DNA of 64,000 bases, from assembly GCA_017501545.1 (NCBI GenBank), contig JAFVWS010000035.1:11408-75407 (forward strand). Reading direction: 5' to 3'. The stretch comes from Clostridia bacterium. Lineage in GTDB: Bacteria > Bacillota > Clostridia > Oscillospirales > CAG-272. Positions within the stretch are counted from its first letter, which is position 1, and every line of letters starts with the position of its first letter. The position numbers were made by a program, and so were the translations under genes. Under the pieces are notes generated by a model. That model was not told the origin of the DNA. It ran no database searches and saw only the letters and a program-made list of their open reading frames with translations. Below, piece after piece: positions 9,425 to 17,952 of this stretch.

Positions 9425-11014
9425 TTAATGCGTTTTCTTATACTCTAAGAATTCCTCATACGTGCCACTAAAATCATAAATTCCGTCTTCTCTGATTTCA
9501 ATAATACGATTAGCAACAGTGTTTATGGTTTCGTAGTCGTGGGAATAGAATAAGATGTTGCCCTTGAAGTCGGAAAGTCCGTTATTTACCGCTGTAATTG
9601 ACTCAAGGTCTAAGTGGTTTGTTGGTTGGTCAAGAAGCAAAAAGTTTGAGCCGAAAAGCATCATACGAGAAAACATACATCTTGCCTTTTCTCCACCTGA
9701 AAGTACATTTACAGGCTTGAAGATTGAGTCGCCTGAGAATAGCATTCTACCAAGGAAGCCACGCAGGTAGGTTTCTGTTTGGTCCTTTGAATATCTTCTC
9801 ATCCAGTCAAGAATTGACTCGGAGCAACCATCAAAATAGTCTATATTGTCCTTAGGGAAATATGATTTTGAAATGCTAACTCCCCATTTAAACGAGCCAG
9901 CGTCAACCTCAGTTTCCTCCATTAGCACCTTAAAAAGCGCAGTAATCGCCATTTCGTTTCCAAGAAGTGCGATTTTTTCGCCCTTCCTTGCAGTAAAGGT
10001 CACGTTTTTAAATAGGGACACGCCATTTTCGCTCTTTGACAAATCCGTAACTGTTAGTATGTCCTTGCCTGCCTCTCTATCCATATCGAAGCCGATAAAT
10101 GGATAGCGTCGGCTTGATGCAGGAAGCTCCTCAACGGTTAATTTGTCAAGCAATTTTCTACGAGAGGTAGCTTGCCTTGACTTTGATTTATTTGCAGAGA
10201 AACGAGAAATGAAGCTTTGAAGCTCCTTAATTTTCTCCTCGTTTTTCTTGTTTTGTTGCTTAATCATACGCTGGATAAGCTGGCTTGACTCATACCAAAA
10301 CTCATAGTTACCAACGTACATTTTAATGCCTGTGTAGTCTATATCAACAATGTTTGTGCAAACGTCATTTAGGAAGTGACGGTCGTGCGATACAACCAAG
10401 ACTGTGCCAAAATAATCAGACAAAAAGTCCTCAAGCCATGTGATTGCATCAATGTCAAGACCATTTGTAGGCTCGTCCAAAAGAATAATATCAGGGTTGC
10501 CAAAAAGCGCCTGTGCTAAAAGAACCTTTACCTTTTCGCTTTCCTTTAGATTAGCCATTTGCTCATAAAGCAGTCCCTCGTCAAGTCCCAAGCCTTGAAT
10601 TAGCTTTGAGGCGTCACTTTCAGCCTCCCAGCCGTTTAATTCTGCAAACTCGCCCTCAAGCTCACTTGCTAAGATTCCGTCCTCCTCGGAGAAATCCTCC
10701 TTCATATAGAGCGCGTCCTTTTGTTTCATAATGGAATAAAGTCGCTCATTACCCATAATGACTGTGTCAAGCACGCTATACTCGTCAAACTCGAAGTGGT
10801 TTTGCTTTAATACACTCATTCTTACTGTGTCGGGAATTGAAACCTCACCCTTTGTAGGCTCAAGCTCACGACATAGAATACGCAAAAACGTACTCTTGCC
10901 AGCGCCGTTAGCACCGATAACACCATAGCAGTTGCCTGGTGTAAATTTCAAATTTACGTCCTTAAAAAGAAGCTGTCCTCCAAAGTTGAAGGATAAGTTG
11001 TTTACTGTAATCAT
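9425..11014 (-). CDS. ABC-F family ATPase (two fused ABC cassettes, no transmembrane domain) with a degenerate second ATP site
   Basis: NBD1 has Walker A GANGAGKST and Walker B IILLDEPTNGLD. An inter-domain linker is rich in K/R/Q. NBD2 has the signature LSGGEKAR. The leader after a TTGAAA-17-TATAAT promoter is short. Confidence 0.85.
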   Translation of the reverse strand: MITVNNLSFNFGGQLLFKDVNLKFTPGNCYGVIGANGAGKSTFLRILCRELEPTKGEVSIPDTVRMSVLKQNHFEFDEYSVLDTVIMGNERLYSIMKQKDALYMKEDFSEEDGILASELEGEFAELNGWEAESDASKLIQGLGLDEGLLYEQMANLKESEKVKVLLAQALFGNPDIILLDEPTNGLDIDAITWLEDFLSDYFGTVLVVSHDRHFLNDVCTNIVDIDYTGIKMYVGNYEFWYESSQLIQRMIKQQNKKNEEKIKELQSFISRFSANKSKSRQATSRRKLLDKLTVEELPASSRRYPFIGFDMDREAGKDILTVTDLSKSENGVSLFKNVTFTARKGEKIALLGNEMAITALFKVLMEETEVDAGSFKWGVSISKSYFPKDNIDYFDGCSESILDWMRRYSKDQTETYLRGFLGRMLFSGDSIFKPVNVLSGGEKARCMFSRMMLFGSNFLLLDQPTNHLDLESITAVNNGLSDFKGNILFYSHDYETINTVANRIIEIREDGIYDFSGTYEEFLEYKKTH

Positions 11015-11071
11015 TTCTGTACCTCGTTCAATATCTTTTATATTATAACACGAAATAATATATATTTCAAG

Positions 11072-11105
11072 GGTATAAAAAAGAAAGACCGAAATCGGTC
11101 CTTCT
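11072..11105 (-). terminator. intrinsic terminator of the GT2 gene
   Basis: Minus strand reads AAGAAGGACCG-ATTT-CGGTCTTTCTT followed by TTTTTATA. Confidence 0.7.
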
Positions 11106-12343
11106 TAAATATGCTTTTTTAGTAGCCTTCTTAATTTTGTGTCCTTGCCAAGAAAAATAAGTCCTAATTTATAAATCACTGGATTATAGGTTAATTTGTG
11201 CTTAAGGCTTGATTTTAGCTTAGGAATTATAGTATCGGGCGCTTTATTTTTGTCCTTGGTTATTTTGCCCTCTCTTAAAAGAAGCTCAACACATTTTTTT
11301 GTGTATCGGTCGTTATAGCTTCTTACGTTTTTTACCTCGTCTGAATTATAAAGTGACCTAATTATCTGGTCGACCTCATCGAAATTATCACCAATGAGCG
11401 TCTTTGCAAAGTACGCACGGGAGTCCTTTTTTCTTACCCCCTCGTTTTTTATCACTCCATACTCTGCTTTGATGTAGTCATAAAGGTCGGTGTATTTATT
11501 TTCCTTAGCCTTGGAATAGTGGGCACGTGCACTTAATGTGCGCCAGCTATCAAGGTAATCACAAAGCTCAGATGCGTATATATGGTTTCTTAAGCTTTCG
11601 CCGATTGCATCAAGGGTCCTTGCCATATAGTATACTTGCTTTTTCAACTTTTCCTCACTGGTTGCATTTACCACCTGCGAGTCGTGAATTCTATAAAAAT
11701 AGTAGCCCGAGTGTACGTTTTTTACGTATTTTGCCTCTTGCCAAGCGAAGAAATTTATCAGCGCATCCTCACCATAGGACGAGGTGGTTGGATAATCTAT
11801 TGCATTGATTTTTATAACGGCGGATTTTAAGGTTTCGCTTCTAAAAAGCTTGTTCCAAAGCACGAAAAATGCGTGGTGTCTACCTCTTTGAGAAAGAAAT
11901 GCACGCAAAACCTCGTCATCCTTTAAATCAAGGTCATTTTTAATTGTGTAGTCGTTTTTGCAAAAATACTTTAATTCCCCTGTGTGGTATGCCCAGTCGT
12001 TGATTACAATATCAACGTCCTCATTTATAGCTGTTTCAAGCATTGGAAGGTAGTAATTTGCACTAACTGTATCGTCAGCGTCGCAGTATGCGATATAATC
12101 ACCGCTTGCAATTTCAATGCCCTTCATTCTTGCAGAGAAAATGCCACCGTTTTCTGTCTTTATCGCATTTACGCCAAACTCACAAATAAGGTCGGTGTAG
12201 TCAATTTCCGAGCCGTCATCAACCATACAAATTTCATATTCGCCCTTGTATTTTAACAGGGTAGAGGTGGTAATGCTTTCAAAGCAAGCGCGCAAATATT
12301 CCTTTGGTGTATTATATACACAAACAATTATAGACAGCTTCAT
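11105..12343 (-). CDS. family 2 glycosyltransferase
   Basis: N-terminus reads LSIIVCVYN..YL..C..S, then MVDDGSEID and YCDADD (DxD). This is the GT-A fold typical of GT2. Confidence 0.8.
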   Translation of the reverse strand: MKLSIIVCVYNTPKEYLRACFESITTSTLLKYKGEYEICMVDDGSEIDYTDLICEFGVNAIKTENGGIFSARMKGIEIASGDYIAYCDADDTVSANYYLPMLETAINEDVDIVINDWAYHTGELKYFCKNDYTIKNDLDLKDDEVLRAFLSQRGRHHAFFVLWNKLFRSETLKSAVIKINAIDYPTTSSYGEDALINFFAWQEAKYVKNVHSGYYFYRIHDSQVVNATSEEKLKKQVYYMARTLDAIGESLRNHIYASELCDYLDSWRTLSARAHYSKAKENKYTDLYDYIKAEYGVIKNEGVRKKDSRAYFAKTLIGDNFDEVDQIIRSLYNSDEVKNVRSYNDRYTKKCVELLLREGKITKDKNKAPDTIIPKLKSSLKHKLTYNPVIYKLGLIFLGKDTKLRRLLKKHI

Positions 12344-12407
12344 TTTTCCACCTCCTCTTTTTTTAGTATTATACCACCTTTTTCATATATTGTCAATTTT
12401 AACTTGC

Positions 12408-12436
12408 TTGACTTTTATTTATATGTATGGTATAAT
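12408..12436 (+). promoter_or_regulatory. sigma-A-type promoter for the GT8-TagF gene
   Basis: TTGACT (12408-12413), a 17-nt spacer, then TATAAT (12431-12436). Sits 34 nt upstream of ATG 12470. Confidence 0.6.
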
Positions 12437-12469
12437 TTTTTTGATGCAATTTTAAGGAGGGGCTTGACT

Positions 12470-14947
12470 ATGTATAAGGCTACTATTCCAATTTTTTTAG
12501 CGCCCAATAACGACTATGCGCCACACGCTGGCATTACCATAACCTCGCTTATGGAAAACGCCTCACGTGACTACTATTACCAAATTTACGTTTTACACAC
12601 CGACCTTAGTCGTGAAAATATAAGCTTGTTTGAGTCAATGGAATATGAAAATGCAACTGTTAAATGCTTTTGCATTTCTCGATTTATTGAAAAAGAACTT
12701 AAGCTTATGTACACAAATTTCCACTTCTCTAAGGAGATGTTTTATAGAATTCTTATTCCTGAGGTTTTTCCTCAGTACGATAAGGCAATCTATCTTGACT
12801 CGGATATTTGTGTCCTTGGTGATATTTCTGAGCTTTATTCAATCGATATCGGCAACAATATTATCGGTGCTGCAAACGACATTATGCACACAAAGTCAAA
12901 AATGCACGTTACCAAGGAGCTTGGCATTGACCCAGAGGGATATATAAACTCTGGTGTTTTAGTTATCAACTGCAAGCGCTTCAGAAACGACGGCATTAAA
13001 GAAAAGCTATTCTCTGAGCTTTCCGTGCGCACTAATTTAAGATACCCAGACCAGGATATTATCAACGTCGTATGCAGTGGCAATATTTATCTTCTTGAAA
13101 GAAAATGGAACTACATTTGGCACTATCACATTGAGAAAAAGGACCAGTCCCTAAATCTACCAGCTAAGGAGCAGGAGCAGTATTTAAAGGACGCTGAGGA
13201 TATTAGAATTCTACACTTTACAAGCTCAATCAAGCCTTGGAATAATAGAATTTCGCCTCTTTCCGAAAACTACTGGAAATACGTACCAAATTGTGTTTTC
13301 AAAAACAAGATTGTTTCAGCCTACAATAAAATCCCAAGGAAGAACTATATTTCTTACCATTTTGTTGATGCAAAAGAGGACGCGCTTGAATTCATCGCTT
13401 CACTTTATTCAGTTGAGGGCGTTAAATTCGACGACGTTGTAGCAACTGTTGACGGCACCGAGGTTTGCGCGCAGTTTATCACTGAGCATAATATTGAAAT
13501 TATGCCAAGATACTACCATCGTAGCGTTTTTAAATTTAGAATTCCTTATGACTTAATTAATGGCGAAACAACCATTAAGTTTTACAGCCGTGATACAGGC
13601 TTGCCTTACCAAACCCTTACCTCACAGTCCTTCCCTTGCGACTATAACACACAAATGTACGCAAGAGTTGGTAATTATCTTGTTTACCCAACTGGCAATG
13701 CTTTGTTTGTCGACAGATATTCAAAGGGGCTTGAAAAGGAAAAGAGGCTTTTATTTAAGCAGGCTGTTAAAAAGCTTTGCAAGGACAAAAAAGACCCATA
13801 TGCAAGGAAGGCAAATATAATAAGAACACTTCACAACCTTGTTAAGCCATTTTTCAGAAAGCAAATTTGGCTTGTTTCAGATAGGGCCGACTCAGCAGGT
13901 GACAACGGCGAGGTATTCTTTGAATATTTAAGAAAGAACAAGGTTAAGGGAGTTAAGCCATACTTTGTTATTAACAAAGACTCCAAAGACTATAAGCGTC
14001 TTAAGAAAATAGGTCCAGTCCTTAGCCCGAAAACAAAGAAGTATAAGCTATATTTCACATTTGCAACAAAGAATATTTCATCTCAGCTTGAGCATGATAT
14101 TATGAACCCACTGTTCTGCCGTCCATACCTTAAGGACATTATTAAGTGCAAAAACATATTTTTACAGCATGGTATAATTAAGGACGACCTTTCCTCCTGC
14201 TATAACCGTCTTGCCGACGAAATGCATATTTTTGTCACCTCGGCTTATGGCGAGTACGACTCAATTGCATATAACGAGGCTTATATGTGTGGTGAGGAAA
14301 TTACCGCCCTTACGGGTCTTCCTCGCTTTGACAAATTAAAAAACGAGGCAGAAAAGCTAATTTTCTTCTTGCCAACATGGAGAAAGGGCTGTCTTGTTGA
14401 TATTTCAAGCTGTGATTTAGTTTCTGGATTTGAAAATTCAAGCTATTGTAAATTCTATCAAGCGTTGCTTTCTGATGAGCGCTTGATTTCGAAGGCTAAG
14501 GAGCTTGGCTATAGGCTTTGCTTCTACCCTCACCACCTTATGAGAAAGGCTGATGAGTATTTCAAGGAGCTTGACGAGATTTTTGTTGACCCTAAAAATT
14601 ACACCTACAATGACGTATTTAGAAAGGGCGCACTTCTCTTTACAGACTTCTCATCAACACAGTTTGACTTTGCTTACCTTAAAAAGCCAATTGTTTATTG
14701 TCACTTTGACAAGGACGAATTCTTTGCCTCACACACCTACAAAGAGGGCTACTTCGAGTATGAGCGCGATGGCTTTGGCGAGGTAACCTATGACCTTGAC
14801 ACCGCTGTTAACACCATCATTGAATATATGGAAAACGGCTGTCAAATGAAGGATGTATATAAAGCAAGACACGCAAGCTTCTTTGCCTACGATGACCAAG
14901 GAAACTGCCGTCGTGTGCTTGATAAGATTCTATCTCTTGACAAATAA
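12470..14947 (+). CDS. fusion protein: N-terminal GT8 glycosyltransferase plus C-terminal CDP-glycerol glycerophosphotransferase (TagB/TagF-like) domain
   Basis: I place the start at ATG 12470, preceded by an AAGGAGG RBS, rather than at the track's 12404. GT8 motifs are IPIFLAPNNDYAPHAGITITS, AIYLDSDICVLGD (DxD) and GYINSGVLVIN. TagF-type motifs are SDRADSAGDNGEVFFEYL, FLQHGIIKD, FFLPTWRKG and LFTDFSSTQFDFAYLKKPIVYC. Confidence 0.8.
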   Translation: MYKATIPIFLAPNNDYAPHAGITITSLMENASRDYYYQIYVLHTDLSRENISLFESMEYENATVKCFCISRFIEKELKLMYTNFHFSKEMFYRILIPEVFPQYDKAIYLDSDICVLGDISELYSIDIGNNIIGAANDIMHTKSKMHVTKELGIDPEGYINSGVLVINCKRFRNDGIKEKLFSELSVRTNLRYPDQDIINVVCSGNIYLLERKWNYIWHYHIEKKDQSLNLPAKEQEQYLKDAEDIRILHFTSSIKPWNNRISPLSENYWKYVPNCVFKNKIVSAYNKIPRKNYISYHFVDAKEDALEFIASLYSVEGVKFDDVVATVDGTEVCAQFITEHNIEIMPRYYHRSVFKFRIPYDLINGETTIKFYSRDTGLPYQTLTSQSFPCDYNTQMYARVGNYLVYPTGNALFVDRYSKGLEKEKRLLFKQAVKKLCKDKKDPYARKANIIRTLHNLVKPFFRKQIWLVSDRADSAGDNGEVFFEYLRKNKVKGVKPYFVINKDSKDYKRLKKIGPVLSPKTKKYKLYFTFATKNISSQLEHDIMNPLFCRPYLKDIIKCKNIFLQHGIIKDDLSSCYNRLADEMHIFVTSAYGEYDSIAYNEAYMCGEEITALTGLPRFDKLKNEAEKLIFFLPTWRKGCLVDISSCDLVSGFENSSYCKFYQALLSDERLISKAKELGYRLCFYPHHLMRKADEYFKELDEIFVDPKNYTYNDVFRKGALLFTDFSSTQFDFAYLKKPIVYCHFDKDEFFASHTYKEGYFEYERDGFGEVTYDLDTAVNTIIEYMENGCQMKDVYKARHASFFAYDDQGNCRRVLDKILSLDK

Positions 14948-14954
14948 GACACAA

Positions 14955-14991
14955 GTGCCACCACATTTTTGGTGGCGCTTTTTCCTTTTTT
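14955..14991 (+). terminator. intrinsic terminator
   Basis: GCCACC (14957-14962) pairs with GGTGGC (14971-14976). GCTTTTTCCTTTTTT follows. Confidence 0.75.
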
Positions 14992-15002
14992 GTAAAAAAT
15001 AA

Positions 15003-15032
15003 TTGACAAGGGTATATAAAATATGGTAAAAT
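15003..15032 (+). promoter_or_regulatory. candidate extended -10 promoter
   Basis: TTGACA (15003-15008), an 18-nt spacer, then TGgTAAAAT ending at 15032. Confidence 0.5.
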
Positions 15033-15078
15033 AAATATGCCGAAATAGCTCGGTATAAATTAATAATCGAGTTGTTTT

Positions 15079-15112
15079 GCGCGAGGGGATATTTTTGCTC
15101 TTGCGCTTTTTT
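15079..15112 (+). terminator. terminator-like hairpin inside the 5' leader of the cytidylate-kinase-like gene (possible attenuator)
   Basis: GCGCGAGGG (15079-15087) pairs with GCTCTTGCGC (15097-15106), including G-U pairs. Six T's follow (15107-15112). It lies between the predicted promoter and ATG 15168. Confidence 0.5.
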
Positions 15113-15167
15113 AATCAAATTTTATAAACGCGTGCTTTGGCAAGGTTTTTGCGGGAAAGGATGTTTT

Positions 15168-15767
15168 ATGAGTAATAAGGTTATTACTATTAGCCGTGAG
15201 TTTGGCAGTGGAGGAAAATACATAGGTATTTTGGTTGCCAAGAAGCTCGGTATTCCTTGCTACGACAGGGATATTATTGAAAAAATTGCCGAGGAGTCTG
15301 GCTTTGTCGACGACTTTATTAAGCGTGTAAGCGAATATGCGCCATCAAAAAGCATCTTTGCTTATTCATTTGTTGGCAGAAGCGCCTCGGGTGAGAGCAT
15401 TGAGGACAAGATTTTTGCAATTCAGGAAAAGGTAATTCGTGAGCTTGCTGATAAGGGGCCTTGCGTTATCGTTGGACGTAGTGCTGACTACATTTTAAGA
15501 AAATACGACACTCTTGACGTTTTCGTTTATGCACCACTTGAGGACAAGATTGCAAGAACTATGCGCTTTAAAAATCTTAGCGAAAAGGAAGCAAAAAAGC
15601 TTGTTAAGGACACTGACAAAAAGCGTAGCATAAACTATAAATACTACACAGGAAAAAACTGGGGTGAGCGTGAAAACTATACAGTTATGCTTAATTCCAC
15701 AGCCCTTGGTATTGAAAAAACTGCCGAGTTTATTGCTGAAATTTATCGCAAGGAAACTCAAAGCTAA
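15168..15767 (+). CDS. cytidylate kinase-like family (Cytidylate_kin2-type) P-loop protein
   Basis: I place the start at ATG 15168, preceded by a GGGAAAGG RBS, rather than at the track's 15072. The N-terminus ITISREFGSGGKYIGILVAKKLGIPCYDRDII is characteristic of this family. Confidence 0.75.
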   Translation: MSNKVITISREFGSGGKYIGILVAKKLGIPCYDRDIIEKIAEESGFVDDFIKRVSEYAPSKSIFAYSFVGRSASGESIEDKIFAIQEKVIRELADKGPCVIVGRSADYILRKYDTLDVFVYAPLEDKIARTMRFKNLSEKEAKKLVKDTDKKRSINYKYYTGKNWGERENYTVMLNSTALGIEKTAEFIAEIYRKETQS

Positions 15768-15780
15768 GTCTTCTTTGAAA

Positions 15781-15810
15781 AGCCCACCATTTGGTGGGCT
15801 TTTTCTTTTT
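15781..15810 (+). terminator. intrinsic terminator
   Basis: AGCCCACC-ATTT-GGTGGGCT followed by TTTTCTTTTT. Confidence 0.8.
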
Positions 15811-15881
15811 CAAAATTATTTACATTCTACATTAAATATGATAAAATTGTAATAGAGGAATGCTTCTTTAGGAGGGATTTT

Positions 15882-16886
15882 ATGCGTATTACAAATAAAA
15901 TGAGGAAAAAGGCGCTTAATGCTATTGTAAGATACCTTTCTATGAATGGTGCATCGACAAGAAACGCTTTAATTGAGGGTGCGCTTAATGGCTACGGGCT
16001 TTCTAAGACTGAGCTTGAGGATTTTTCACCAAAGAGCAAGAACAGTGTGATAAGAAGCTATCTGGGCACTGCACTAAACGACCTTATGAACAAAAAGGAT
16101 ATTAAGCGCGTTGGTGAGCTTTACTCTCTTGCCAAGGAGGAGGTTGTTATTATCAGCGAGGACGAATGTCGCACTGAGATAATGAGCATGCTTGAGAGGG
16201 GCGCTTATTCAAAGGAGGAGATATTTGATAGCCTTGAGGAAATTTTCGGCACTAAAAGGACTATTTCCTTTAAGGACGACTACTCTCTTCGCACTATTGC
16301 TGGCAGTATGCTATCTGAGCTTGTTAGCACTGACGAAATAGAGCTTATTAACTCAAAATACGTATTGAAAAATGATGATGACAGCGCAATTTTTGACACT
16401 CCCCTGCCTGAAAACGAGTTTAAGCCGAAATTCTTCAAGCAGCTTTGGCTAATGGGTGGAAGGTTTTTTGAGAGCTTCGTAGCAAATCTGCTTGAAAAAT
16501 ACTATACTCTGTCTGGGCAAATGGTCGTTTACTGCGATATAACTGGTGGCAGTGACGACGGTGGAATTGATATAGTGCTTGAAACAGTTGACTATCTTGG
16601 CTTTAGCGAAAAGATAGTTGCACAAACGAAGTGCCGTGACCGTGCGCACGTTACTGAAAAAGAGGTAAGAGAATTTTATGGCGCTATGAATGCGATGAGT
16701 GCAACGCGCGGAATTTACGTAACAACTACATATTTTCACTCAAGCGCTGAATATTTCCTTGACTCAGTCAGTGACCTTGTTGGTATTGACGGCGAAAAGC
16801 TTTTTACGCTTATTAAAAAGACAAATTACGGTATTAAGAGGTGTGAGGGTGGCTACACCTTTGACACTGCCATTTTCACAAGGTGA
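15882..16886 (+). CDS. Mrr-family (PD-(D/E)xK) restriction endonuclease-like protein with N-terminal winged-helix-like region(s)
   Basis: The C-terminal catalytic core reads GGSDDGGIDIV...IVAQTKCRDRAHVTEKEVREFYGAMNAMSATRGIYVTTTYFHSSAEYF. This matches the Mrr_cat pattern (D..GiD, QxK, v..f.ga, fvTt..F). Preceded by a TTTACA-17-TAAAAT promoter and an AGGAGGG RBS. Confidence 0.75.
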   Translation: MRITNKMRKKALNAIVRYLSMNGASTRNALIEGALNGYGLSKTELEDFSPKSKNSVIRSYLGTALNDLMNKKDIKRVGELYSLAKEEVVIISEDECRTEIMSMLERGAYSKEEIFDSLEEIFGTKRTISFKDDYSLRTIAGSMLSELVSTDEIELINSKYVLKNDDDSAIFDTPLPENEFKPKFFKQLWLMGGRFFESFVANLLEKYYTLSGQMVVYCDITGGSDDGGIDIVLETVDYLGFSEKIVAQTKCRDRAHVTEKEVREFYGAMNAMSATRGIYVTTTYFHSSAEYFLDSVSDLVGIDGEKLFTLIKKTNYGIKRCEGGYTFDTAIFTR

Positions 16887-16889
16887 GTT

Positions 16890-17849
16890 ATGCTAAAAAA
16901 GGTACAAGAAATTTTTAATAAAACAGTATATACGCGTGCTGAGGCACTGCCACAAATACATTTATTCTCCGATAAGGATTTTGAGGGGATAAGCAAGTCA
17001 CCCTACACGGTTAAATCCTCACTTGGTCACGATTTAAAGGGCTATTTTTACTATTACGATAACCCAAAAGAGGGTCGCTTAGTGGTTTTTGACCATGGTA
17101 TGTTTTGTGGGCACAAGAACTACTTTCGCGAAATTGAAACGCTACTTAGCCATGGCTATTTAGTTTTTGCATATGACCACACTGGCTGTATGGAGTCGGG
17201 TGGCGATAGCACAGGTGGATTTTCTCAGTCACTACGCGATTTAAACGATGTAATTACTGCATTAAAGACTATCGAGGCACTAAATGGCTACGAAATTTAC
17301 GTTGTGGGTCACAGTTGGGGTGGCTTTGCGACACTAAATATTCCTAAATTTCACCCAGATATAAAGAAAATTGTTCCTATTTCAGGCTTTATTTCTCCAA
17401 AGGAAATTATTTATCAGCACCTGAGTGGCATTGCAAGAATTTTCGCTAAGAAAATATATAATATCGAGCGTGAAAAAAGCCCTGATTATATGGAAATTTC
17501 AGCCCTTGACACCCTTGCAAATTGCGACACAGAGGCGCTTATTATCCATTCACCAAACGACCATATGGTAAAATACAAGCGCCACTTTTTAAGGCTAAAA
17601 AAAGTGTTTTCAGGCAAAGGAAATATTGAGTTTTTAACGGTTGAAGGGGCTGACCACAACCCAACCTATACGCTTTCAGCAATACAAGAAAAGAAGCTTT
17701 TTTACAAAAAGCTGAAGGCAGGAGCAAAAACAGGGCAGTTTAACACGCAAGATGGCTGTCTTGAATTTAAAAACAGCCTAAACTGGTGGAAAATAACCGA
17801 GCAAAATAGCGAGGTATGGAATAAAATTTTTGAATTTTTAGATAAATAA
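16890..17849 (+). CDS. alpha/beta-fold serine hydrolase
   Basis: Nucleophile elbow VGHSWGG. Candidate acid/His residues in SPNDHMV and GADHNP. Starts only 3 nt after the Mrr-like stop, so the two are probably co-transcribed. Confidence 0.75.
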   Translation: MLKKVQEIFNKTVYTRAEALPQIHLFSDKDFEGISKSPYTVKSSLGHDLKGYFYYYDNPKEGRLVVFDHGMFCGHKNYFREIETLLSHGYLVFAYDHTGCMESGGDSTGGFSQSLRDLNDVITALKTIEALNGYEIYVVGHSWGGFATLNIPKFHPDIKKIVPISGFISPKEIIYQHLSGIARIFAKKIYNIEREKSPDYMEISALDTLANCDTEALIIHSPNDHMVKYKRHFLRLKKVFSGKGNIEFLTVEGADHNPTYTLSAIQEKKLFYKKLKAGAKTGQFNTQDGCLEFKNSLNWWKITEQNSEVWNKIFEFLDK

Positions 17850-17851
17850 CC

Positions 17852-17890
17852 AAAAGGACGAGGAGCATTTATAGCTCCTCGTCTTTTTTC
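17852..17890. terminator. bidirectional intrinsic terminator
   Basis: GACGAGGAGC (17857-17866) pairs with GCTCCTCGTC (17874-17883). An A-run and a T-run flank it. Confidence 0.8.
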
Positions 17891-17952
17891 TGTCGGTAGA
17901 TAAAAATATCAAAGCTGTGCTTAAGGGTACGGCTTGTTAGTGATAGTCCTTT

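Noticed and set aside
12404-12469. Longer N-terminal extensions proposed by the ORF track (12404, 15072, 25194, 27454, 33799, 55467)
   Set aside because: In each case a downstream ATG has a proper GGAGG-type RBS at 6-10 nt and yields the family-typical N-terminus. The extension is either hydrophobic junk, overlaps a promoter or terminator, or overlaps the neighbouring gene.
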